Source: Catajapyx aquilonaris
Taxonomy: Eukaryota
Assembly: GCA_000934665.2 (NCBI GenBank)
Contig: JYFJ02004102.1
Span: 1 to 34,760 of the forward strand
Direction: 5' to 3'
Length of the DNA stretch: 34,760 nucleotides
Each line of letters opens with the position of its first letter. The first letter of the stretch is position 1. Shown here piece by piece: positions 12,882 to 23,144 of this stretch. The position numbers were made by a program, and so were the translations under genes. The notes beneath the pieces are model-generated. The model was not told the origin of the DNA, did not search any database, and was given only the letters and a program-made list of their open reading frames with translations.

Positions 12882-13392
12882 GCAAAAAAACCCACCAATC
12901 ATCGACCTCACCCTCCGTAAGCATACAGCACCGGCCCCAATGAAAGCAGCGAAGAAAACTGAACCTATTAGGACAGAAGTAGTGGCAAAAAGGAAAATCC
13001 CGAATCCCGTATTAGACCTATTACTCCCAACCAAGGAAGCCAAGAGGGCTAAAATGGAAAAGGAGAGGGAAGAAGCAAAGAAGAAACAAGCAAAAATTGA
13101 AAAGGAGAAAAAAGAAGCAAGGAGGAAACGACAGGCGATCCCACTAGCCATAGAAGAGCCGGACCTGGACGTTATAGAATTAATGAAAGAGTTTGACACC
13201 GCCTGGATGAACGAAGAAATGGAGGAGGAGGAGCACCTGATGGACTCAATACGGAGCGATGTTTTTTTTCCGGAGCGACCAGTGTCCCCACTCCCCCCCA
13301 CGACCCCACCCAGACGCAGCATTTTTTCGCCCTCGTCCTCCCCAGTTTGGAAGTCCAAAATAAAAGCCATCCAAAAAAAATGGAGTATCTGA
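12882..13392 (+). CDS. Unknown K/E-rich protein segment, possibly a terminal exon of a mobile-element or viral gene
   Basis: Frame open from 12871 to the stop at 13392, with a possible acceptor CCACAG ending at 12881. Protein-like organisation: PIIDLT motif, basic/acidic helical run with NLS-like RRKR, acidic tract, S/T-P-rich tail. No family recognised. Confidence 0.5.
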
Positions 13393-13880
13393 TGTCCAAT
13401 AGAAAAAAAATAACACCTCAGTATGGATGCAGATTCATATAATATAATCATTCCCATCTTTAGTCCTCAACATGAATTATTATGATGCGCAGTTTCATAC
13501 GCTTGAAATCGATTTTCAGCTCCCAGGAGAGTCACACTATAAATATAGCAAGTGAGTTTCATCAATGTTACACTGACAAGTGAGCAAATACACTATCTGA
13601 TTGCAGATTGGAATTAACATTGCATATTAAATAAGACATTAAGTCTGACATATTATTAGTAGACCTCTCCTGACCCACATAAGGATCATGTGCGTTTTCC
13701 AGAAAAATTACAAATTCATGCCAACAATCATCTCATATTATATTATATACGGTACGTTATATTATAAATATGATATATTAGGCTACATATTTAATTAGTT
13801 ACAGTAATCATAATAATGCATTATTTGCAGTTATATATTATTTTACAATGACACATTTGAGTTACCTTGCATGTAAGTAA

Positions 13881-14075
13881 CAATTACTGATGATAAATTA
13901 ATCGCCAATTTAATTACCTATGATAAATTAATCACCAATTAATGTAATATATTAACAAAATACTTGTTAATTAATTAGAATAAATTAGACATCAATTAAC
14001 GTAATAATCATCAATTGATGCATAATTATTTTTAATAAATTAGTATAAATTAATCGCCAATTAATGTACTTATTA
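13881..14075. repeat. AT-rich tract with three copies of ATAAATTAATC(G/A)CCAATT
   Basis: Copies at 13893-13910, 13923-13940 (30-bp period) and 14045-14062, within very AT-rich DNA (about 13730-14140). Confidence 0.8.
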
Positions 14076-14168
14076 ACTGTATTAATCATAATCATGTTAA
14101 TTGCAATTACATATCGTAATTAAATGTTTTTTTTTTTTTGGTTTGTCATCCAAATAATCTAATCTCAA

Positions 14169-14934
14169 GGAACATTCTAGAAGTGTCGATTATTGTTCCT
14201 CCCTGCCTTATTATTCCGCCTTCCCCCGCCGCCTCTCTCTCCTCCCACTCACAATCCATGCCCTGGGGGGCCTTCCCCTGAGCGTTAGGCGTCCCCCAGC
14301 AGCAACACGGGGCGGGCAAACCCAGGGTTGATGCCGCCCCGAGGCGAGACCCGGCGACGTTCCATCTTCAAAGAGACGCCATCTTCAACTATGACGCAAT
14401 CGACACTTTTTTCCCGCCAAAATATCACCTACGTTCTAGTCGCGGCTGTAAGCACGCATGCGCTCCATATAAGCCAATAGTAGCTAAGAGCTTCCCTCTG
14501 CCGCCCAATCAAGAACGGGCAGTTCAGGATGTCGGGACGTGTAAATTGTGTAGGGCTTAGCGAATTTAACATGATTTGCACATTTGATGTATTATTGGTT
14601 CAGACTGCCTGATGAGTGTGGGTAAGTCAATCAGAGCGAGGCGATCCTTACCATGTTAAACTGTGTGGTGTTCCCGCCTTCCCGCTCGGAACTCGGGCAG
14701 TGATGGCGGCTTGTTGAGTCGTGTTGGGTCTGGTCGCCTCGGGGCAGCCCAGCACCAGGGCTTATTGCCCGCCCCGGGCAGCAGCTAGGGGCGGCCACGG
14801 TTTGGTAACACGATGGAGCTGCCAGGGGGAGTGGAGGCTGACACGGGTCGCCACAGACGCAGGTTGAAAAGGGGTGGGGGAAAAAAAAGGGAAGGGAAAT
14901 TTCTAGAACGTTCCATCCGCCATGCGCCATCTTG
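14169..14934. promoter_or_regulatory. GC/CpG-rich, mirror-symmetric promoter-like module bracketed by heat-shock elements
   Basis: HSE GAAcaTTCtaGAA (14170-14182) and four-unit HSE GAAatTTCtaGAAcgTTC (14896-14913). GC boxes at 14309-14317 and 14767-14775. YY1-type CGCCATCTT at 14377-14385 and 14925-14933; TGACGCAAT at 14392-14400; E2F-type TTTTCCCGCCAAA at 14409-14421; NRF1-like CGCATGCGC at 14455-14463; CCAAT at 14474 and 14505. Confidence 0.6.
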
Positions 14935-14942
14935 AAAATTCT

Positions 14943-14972
14943 GTTTAGCATTGCATTAATGCAATGCTAAAC
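14943..14972. repeat. Perfect 30-bp palindrome
   Basis: GTTTAGCATTGCATTAATGCAATGCTAAAC equals its own reverse complement. Confidence 0.95.
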
Positions 14973-14974
14973 TG

Positions 14975-15078
14975 AATTCACACCTTAAAACAGGCAGGCA
15001 ATCATCAAGGTCGTACACATCAATAATTATTGATGTGTACGACCTTGATGATTGCCTGCCTGTTTTAAGGTATGAATT
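14975..15078. repeat. 104-bp spacerless palindrome (perfect over 14982-15071)
   Basis: Centre between 15026 and 15027 (CAATAA|TTATTG); one mismatched pair, 14981/15072. Confidence 0.95.
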
Positions 15079-16389
15079 TGATCAAGAGTGATTTGATACA
15101 CTGGCGCACACATTTGGTAGAATTTATTTTGTTAAATGGTATGGCAGAGAGCAGTTAACAATTTTGTGGTAATTGACATTGAAATTGGCGGGGTTCATTT
15201 TATAAAAGGTTGACTATGGTTGAAAAATTATTTCATGTTTAGTTGTCTTTTTTAAAAAATATTATTCTTTAATCAAGTGCATGTTATGTGATGTCTGACC
15301 ACGTAGCAAAATGAGTTCATACCCAAGGAAATTGAAGTGTGTAGATACATAAATAATACCAAAACGTCTAGTACATCATAAATTAATAAATATTAATAGA
15401 TAGGAATGCAAGTCATTAACTAGTACTCAAATAATGAGTGAACACGGTGAACATATACAAGTATGCAAATAAACAAGCACAGTGCGTAAATACGTCATCA
15501 AGCCGCATCAAGTATACAAATAAGTAAATAATAGTTATAAATTAATAAGGGACAGTGACAATAAACAGCTTTTAAGCTGAAGATTGTGATGCACAGAATT
15601 ATTCAAATTGATTACGTCCAGATTTTCTCCCAACCATGGCAGTCTGCTAATGTGGAACTGCTGTTTCATTTTATCTTCATGTGTCAAGGACACACGTGCT
15701 ATATGGTGCTTATGATACAAAACACTACTTGGCCTGGTATTCCTTCCAGTGCTTTGCCACTTTTATATAATTACGTGATAGATTGGGTTTTTTAGGGTGC
15801 AAAAGCAGTGTTGTAATTATTTGTGTAGTCCAAACTATCAAGTCAACATGTGGAGGCCAAAGAGTATAACAACTATATTCTTAGTCTTCTTTGGTGGAGG
15901 CATAACAAGCCATAGTACTTTGAACAATAGAACATCTCAAGTGCTTTTTTCAAGGTCAAATGAACTTGTTCTCTCATTTTGGGCTCCATGAATTTGAGTG
16001 TGAAAGTGATGCCATAATCACTGATGTTAAGACTGTTACCAAGGATTCCCTTACCTTTTCTTCAGCTATTCTTGCGGTGGAAATGCCCTTGCAGATGGGG
16101 CATGGTGTATTCAATTACCCTAGACGGGTGTGAACGGTTGAGCGTTGGAATATGCCATCGCAGTAGGACCTCACCTGCCATGTGCATTGTGTCGTTGATA
16201 GGTATGGTGTTCCCATTGCAAGCTAGGGATATATCAGTTGTATCTGGTGTAGCTATTTGATGAGTTGCTGATTCCTCTGGAGTAGTCCTTCTGGAAGTTC
16301 CTGTATGTACAGTGCAGTACATGAGAAGAATTAGTGGGGTTGTTCACCTCTGGTGTTGGTGTATGGAACAACTTTACATTTCACTTTTC

Positions 16390-17330
16390 TGAAGACAAGT
16401 TTAGGATTTAATGGCGGAATGCATCACTTCTTGAGTCAAAGGATCATATTGTAAAGTGGATATGCTCTTGGGGCGTTATTTAGACATGAAATATCTTCTT
16501 TTCCTATATTCTTCTAACTGCAAATTGAGTGTTAATCTTCAGTAATCCTACTTTAACAGGTTTGAAAGCACGAACATCCATCGGTTGTAGATTGTGCAAT
16601 GGATTAGTTGGGAGTGTTATGATGCTGTTGTTAGTTTGAAGAGCCAAGCTACTAACAGTATATTACAGCTGGTTGTCATGACCATCTATAGCTTCAGACT
16701 TACATGGGGTAATGGCATGGTTTCCCAGCAAGAAGCTAGGGAACCACTCTTCACCAGATGCATTGTCCTTGTTGCGAAAGGAGTCGGAATATGTCATCCA
16801 AGGATATGACCTTCAGTTTGATTGTTGAATATAATATGATGAAAGAAACCGTGAAATATGCTTGCAATGGGCTGGTATTGCCCATAATTCACCTGAGGTT
16901 CAATCATATTATTCTTGTTACAAATGTAGAATGGTGTGGATGGGAAGTATTTCCAGAGACAATCTCTATTAAACAGCAGCAATTTGTCACTGCCAATCTT
17001 CTGGACTTGGTCTTATGTATACCCTGTAGAGTCCATCCAATGCAATGGGAGGAATACTTGATGCGAAGATGCTGAGTCCTGCGAGGCATTGTGGTCAATT
17101 TATTGGCAAGGAGCATGCCACCTTTCTTGTTGAGGATCTGTCTTGACGCCTTTGTCGTGTTGGCATTTTTGCATGGCAAAGGCTTCCAGTTAGCCATTCG
17201 TGGCAGGTTAGTTACCGTTCGCTTAACAAATCGAGGGTTCAATTTTTTGTGTTTATTACAAGCCTATAGCATCTTTTCCTGTAATTCTATGGTAAGCACT
17301 ACATGTCAAACTGGTGCAACAACTGACTTT
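16390..17330 (-). pseudogene. Decayed pogo/Tigger/Fot1-like transposase (DDE_1 family, Tc1-mariner superfamily); ends approximate
   Basis: Minus-strand translation of about 16700-16550 gives IDGHDNQL*YTVSSLALQTNNSIITLPTNPLHNLQPMDVRAFKPVK, matching DDE_1 motifs 'LDGH' and 'LPPHTTH.LQPLDV..F.PLK'. CIPPLNP near 16400 resembles 'GIYPLNP'. Many stops and frameshifts. Confidence 0.75.
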
Positions 17331-17863
17331 TTTCAGCTGCTTAAGGCAAATAGGTTCTAAAAGCTAATGTTTACTCCCATCACAATGGCATTAGTACAGC
17401 CATTACAAGTCTGTTCATGGATCTCTTCTTTGGAAGCTACTCTGAACTTTGATTACCGTAATTCAAGTTGATTACTGTTATATGTTGGAATCTGACAGTT
17501 TGGATTGTAGTTGTCCGATAAGTCTGGGTCAACAAGGGGCTGCATTTTACTGTTGTGGTTGGATGCTCACATTACTATGATAGTTTGGATGACTCAATAG
17601 ATAATATGAATTAATCAGTTTGTGGCCGTAGGTGTAAGGAATATTGAGTTCAGGCAAATGTTTTTGTACACTTTACTTCCATGTGCTACAAATTAGAAAT
17701 AGAACTTCCCACTTAACATATTGAGTTATTGAAATATCGCTGTCGCCAGACTGATTAACTTACTATTGCAAATAGTTCACTATTCATTTTATCAAATAAG
17801 TAAGTGTTGTGAATGAGGCAATCCAAACATTGTGGCCTTACAAGGCTCTTTCGATATTTGGTC

Positions 17864-18133
17864 CCCTCGATGGTATCTCCACCTTATCGTGGTGGTGGGG
17901 TTTGCGTTTCTCCCATGACCCCAAGAGCTATACCGGCGGTAGCTTCGTCTACTGGTAGGGCCACCCAAGCCGGACAGGTCTTTGGGATAGGAGACAGACT
18001 AAGAGAGATGCCAGTCTTTCCTCTCTTCTTTTTCCTCTTCGTTTCTCCCTCCATCTGTCCCACCTTTGCTTCTTCTTACAGCCAGATAGCCACAGTTGCT
18101 TTGGCTTCTTCCAAATAAACCAAACCAAACCAA
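17864..18133 (+). mobile_element. 270-bp SINE-like retroposon: RTE-clade 5'-UTR-like structured head, pyrimidine-rich body, (AAACC)n tail
   Basis: Perfect 17-bp TSD TCTTTCGATATTTGGTC at 17847-17863 and 18134-18150. Head CCACCTTATCGTGGTGG...AGGGCCACCCAAGCCGGACAGGTC resembles RTE (Expander/BovB-type) 5' UTRs. Ends AATAAACCAAACCAAACCAA. Confidence 0.85.
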
Positions 18134-19049
18134 TCTTTCGATATTTGGTCTGTTTTAATTAGAATTAATGGAATTTTGAAGCAACATCACAATCACAATT
18201 AAAAGTATTTTCTTGTAGGCCCTACGTTGTAATCCAAACATTTATGACTCCCTGGATGATTTCTGCGTAAATCAAATCTTACAATGAGCATATGATTGTC
18301 ATGATTATCTTTAGAAGTCTGCGTATTTATTCTGCTTTGATATATCCGGCGGGATCTACACTACCAAACCTTCATTTTATTAAGGAAAATGATGAACACT
18401 AGATGGAAAGTGTGTCATTAATTCATCACATTCACACACCTCGGCCTATTTTAAGTTCATGTGTTATTCTTTGTGTTTGAATAATATTGTTTTTTGAGCA
18501 ATACGTTTTATTGTCCAGCCATATGTTTGTCTCCATACCATTCAATCAAATGAACAAGTGTGCCTTGATTCCTCAATTTAAATGGTTGATAAGAACACTC
18601 CTCAATTTACCTGGTCTCCTTTCAATTTATGGTGCAAAAAATAACATCATTAGTACCCTGAAATCAGACAATAAGTAAGTCAATTCCAATATCCTGCAGG
18701 TAATGAACACTTTTAGTGTCCTCAAGCAATAAGAGAGAAACCTACACATGAAAGAGCTTTTATAGCTTCACGTGAAAATTCTTCCTGCTGGTCGAGTGAT
18801 GTGTTATCCGTCGGCTACTACTCCTCCACGTCTGCCCCTCTGTTTTTCAATGCATGGCCTGAGTGATTACAGAAGTATCTCTCCAATAATAATTGTGTCA
18901 ATAATGGGTGTGTATGGCTTATGCATGACATGTCGTGGTGGTGGTGGTGGTGGGGATTACAGAGTGGAGTGCCAGCTTTGTCTGCGTATGATCTCCGTAA
19001 CCCTCGCCGTGACCATTGTAAACCGGTGACAATGTCTGTTGATTTCTTG

Positions 19050-21710
19050 TGCCATAGTTTAAATACTGCTGTGTCTACATTTTAAAGGTACAGCATAATG
19101 TAATGAAAATAAATGACCTTTCTTCTGAAAACATGAAATTGTTCGCAGGTGATTCACTATTCACACTATGCATCCATGTTGGTCAAGGTACAAAATCGAC
19201 CCTGGTGACATTTTCATAGCCAGGTCTCTATAATTTTATTATTATTGCAGGGCGTGTATTGCAGGGCGTGTATGAACAGAACATATACAGATCCAGGACA
19301 GACAACCACATCTGAGTCATGGTGTGCCCTAGTTGTCTTCACAAAAGGTCGTTTCTCCAGGACATGGGGAGTAATGAGTCCTCATCGCTCAGTGTAGGAG
19401 TGAGGTGTTGGCAATACTTTGTGAACTAGAAGATTTGCCGTATGTTCTGGCACGTAATTAATATTTTGACTCTCTGCATGAAGTTGTTTTGACTGGGATT
19501 TGGACCAATAGAGTCATGCTCAGATACCATTCCCGCCATATTCTGCCTTCAGAGTGACATTTTGGGGATGCCAATTTTTAGTCCCAAGTAATAAGTAGTA
19601 ATATGTCACTGCTTATTTACCTGATCTAATGTCGAATATATTCATTGGGATTTACATACATCATACATATGCATCACGGCTTTTCCCAAACATTGGAGTG
19701 CCAGTGGATAATGAGGAGGATTTGAAAGGTATTCTATAAATATATTGTAAATCTTGGAAATCCATTAGCTGAGCCTTTTACATTGTCAAGTATAAGCAGT
19801 AATCTTATCTTGCATATCAGTATTTCGTACATGGTGCGCTCTGGTGTGATTATTCGTTCCGCAGTGTCCACTGCCCAATCTGTGCGCAGGCTGGTGGCCT
19901 TGGGCTGCCGTCTTCTGCAGCATATTTTATTCCGTATGTTTCTTTGTACCAAATATCTCCACGTTATGGGCCGGAAAGGATAGCTAAATTGGTTGGGTTG
20001 CATGTTGTCCCTATAGTCATGATTGACGCAGCGAAACTGTCAGCGAAGCAACAGTTTTGAGTTCCAACTGGACGTCCGTGCTCTCTGTCAACTCGTATGT
20101 CGCTGCAGGTTCTTTCTTGATTCCGTGTGGTGCAGTTTCAATATTGTTGTGTCTATATTTAAAAGCTACAGTATATGTAACTGAAATAAAATTTATCATT
20201 TCTGACGAAAATATGAAGTTGTAGTTCACTGGTGACTTGCCATTTCACATTATTTACCCATTTTGGTCAAGGCACAAATTCAATTCTTTTTGACGCGACG
20301 TTTCTGTTGACAGGTTCCTAATGGCAGACCGTGTGTGAACACAGCCTACAGATGCAAGATAGACACCACGTCTGAGTCATGGTGTACTGAAACAGTTTTG
20401 TCCCGGCGCAGTGATGCCCTAGGTTTAACTCGCCTTTTGCACTAGTGCAAGTGGTTCCATCTGACCCACCTTTGCCATCGACTGGCGTGCTTAAAGGCTT
20501 CCGTGTGATCATCGTACATGTGTTATTTTTGCAAAATGTTGCTCCAGGCTATGTGTAGCAACAAGTCCTCATCACGTAGTGTGGGAGTGAGGTATTGGAA
20601 ATTCTTCGTGAACCAGAAGATTTATCACACGATGGGTCGTTGGAACCTCAAAAGTGCGTAATATGTATATTGTAACGGTCGCACTCCTTATGTGTACAAG
20701 TGATTACGGATAGACTTTGCCATAATTTGACAACGGCCACATTGACCATACTGACTTGAAACTGTGAGCAAAGATTTCTCTGGTCTGAAAATCAGTATTG
20801 TGTTATAATTTGAGCGTAATATTTTGGCTAATTTAGGAACAAACTTGTGCTATATTCGACCACCTGCGAGTAATGGGGCAATTGGATCTCGGATCAACAA
20901 GCTACATAAAGATAACTGCTTCGGGATATATTAGTGATAACTAAATACGACCCACGAGCTGGGAACACCTTCTATATTGTTGAGTTACAATCGAAAAATA
21001 TTTTCACATTGTATGTTAAGTAATGAGACTTTGGCATTTGGTACTTAAGGTTTCTTTAAAAAATTTCTGTCGCCAGAGATATCACACCCATTACATATTT
21101 AGAAAAAAACTTTTATGTTTCGGGTGTTTTGCTAATAAAAATTGCTTGAAGGAAGTCACTCATATATCATTAGTCATGAATTTAATCAAACCATAATTGC
21201 AGCATTTGGTATACGCATGTCATGTTTAGTAATAATGGCTAGAGAATTTGTAATCTGATATGCAGCATCCCTCTCCCTGGCCATGTTGAGTTATATTGGT
21301 ACCATGCAGTCTTAACCTTGACATGTTGGTAATTATAGCAAGAAACCCCCCTTTTAAGCTGGTCGTGCTCTTATTACAGCATTCTTCTGCTCTCTATACT
21401 GCTCTCCGTATTTGGAGGTTTCCAGGGAAGCCTGGTGTCTTCTTTTTGATGGCCACATTTTATGCATGCCATCAGGTCTCATGATTCATCAGTGTGGCGT
21501 ATAGTTTCAATGCTATTGTGTTTATGTTCTAAAGATACAGTTTTCGTAACAAAATTTAATTACCTTTCGGCCGAAATAATGACATTTCAGTTTAAGGGTC
21601 GCACACTATTTCACACTCCGCACCCACATTGGTTCAGGAACAAAACTACACATTCGTCGCCAGATCATGTGTGTACCGAGCATATAGATAACAGAAGAGA
21701 CAGGTAAACA
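19050..21710. repeat. Three diverged copies of a non-coding-looking block
   Basis: GTTT.AAT...TGTGT.TA...AAAG.TACAG...TTCACA.T...TTGGT..AGG..CAAA at about 19057, 20134 and 21503. The first two copies also share TCTGAGTCATGGTGT and AGTCCTCATC...GGAGTGAGGT.TTGG blocks. Confidence 0.75.
20671..20988. mobile_element. Possible solo LTR
   Basis: TGTAAC...GTTACA termini, 318 bp long, beginning where homology with the 19.4-kb copy stops. No convincing TSD. Confidence 0.25.
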
Positions 21711-21994
21711 ATATGTGACTGGAGGGCATCTTCTTTTGCCACTTTGTCTTTCTAGCAATCAACTTGGACCTCCTGGCTTCTCGGCCGTACACTTTGTAAA
21801 AAAGGAAAACCTCTCCTAATGCATTTTCTTAGTGTACTACATCGCTCAAAATGATGAAGAAGATTTGGCATTGAAGCCGAATGCAAAAGTGTCTCCATCA
21901 TTTTGAGAGATACAGATACATTCTTCATCCGTCGGCTTCATGTAATATGCTTATAACATGAATTCAGTCGCTCAATATGAGGCATAATGAGGTG

Positions 21995-22055
21995 TGACAA
22001 GATGCTGATTTTTATGCTTATAATAATTATAATCATAAAAATCAGCATCTCGTCA
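21995..22055. repeat. 61-bp near-perfect palindrome (30-bp arms, 2 mismatches, 1-nt centre)
   Basis: TGACAAGATGCTGATTTTTATGCTTATAAT-A-ATTATAATCATAAAAATCAGCATCTCGTCA. Confidence 0.9.
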
Positions 22056-22428
22056 TAATTATTAATATTAATATTAAGAATAGTTATTAATATAATTATT
22101 ATATTGGGCAATTATAATAAATTATATATCAAAAGAAGAGAAGAGACTTTCTCGTTTCCATGTACAATCCTAGCCGACTATCAAACATTGCATGAGTTTA
22201 ATAAATGAAATGTGTTAAGGCCTAGCACTGAAGTATAGCTTGCCAAGCGACATGTCTTCTCGTTGTGGCGCTCCAGTTCCTGGACCTTCCTCTCTCCCTC
22301 ATCTTCAATGGCCTGCTCCACTGACTCAACGCCAGCCTGGACGCTGCAGAGCAGACTTTCCAAAGCAGCGTCCAGGGTCACCCCATCCCTTGAGTTGAGT
22401 AGCCGCCAGAAGAGCTTAATTGTTCCAA

Positions 22429-22818
22429 CTACCTGTCGATGGCTTGGATGCTTGGATTATCAGTGGTAGGAATTGTGGCTGGTTCTGGGCTGACGTCTTC
22501 TTCGGCTACGATGAAATGTACTATCTTGGGATCTTGGTATTATGGTGTAAAAAAAAAAAAATGAGGGGGAGGGGGGGGGGNGGGGGGAGTGATCACCCCG
22601 ATCTCCCCCCCATAGATCCGCCACTGATCTGTATGAACTGCAGATGCATATGATATGGAATGCATGAACAGTCTGCAAAATGGAACTAAGCTCACGCCCT
22701 TCCCGCTTCCCCTTATGGCTATAGATAGGAAGTTGCTGATCGAACCTGTCGATGGCTTGGATTATCAGTGGTAGGAATTGCGGCTTGTTCTGGGCTGCCA
22801 TCTTCTTCGGCTACGGAC
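22429..22818. mobile_element. 390-bp insertion with terminal direct repeats of about 72-80 bp and a 6-bp TSD, inside the importin pseudogene
   Basis: TTCCAA at 22423-22428 and 22819-22824; direct repeats at 22431-22510 and 22744-22815. Removing the insert restores the frame FSLG|TIKLFWRLLNSRD. Confidence 0.7.
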
Positions 22819-23087
22819 TTCCAAGACTGAAGAAGGTGATCAGCTGGTCCCTGCTTCCATTTCGTGCAACATTTCTCAGGGCCATACATGGTGGCCATTT
22901 TCTGAGCTTCCAAAGGACCCTGAACAAAATTGCAAACGAAAATTATTTCATACCCACTGTGACCAAAGCTCTTAGACTTACCTTCTCCAAAATTGCAATA
23001 ATGGCTGGTAGCAGGGCGGCTTTGATGATGGTCTCTACCTGTGTCTCATTTCCTGCAGTCAAAGTTGAGAGAGTCCATGTGACTGCC

Positions 23088-23143
<56 letters not shown>
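23088..23143. repeat. (ATA)n microsatellite, about 18 units
   Basis: Read directly from the sequence. Confidence 0.97.

Positions 23144-23144
<1 letters not shown>

Noticed and set aside
12861..13457. 198-aa minus-strand ORF
   Set aside because: Antisense shadow of the K/E-rich + strand ORF; its F/S/L richness mirrors AAR/GAR codons.
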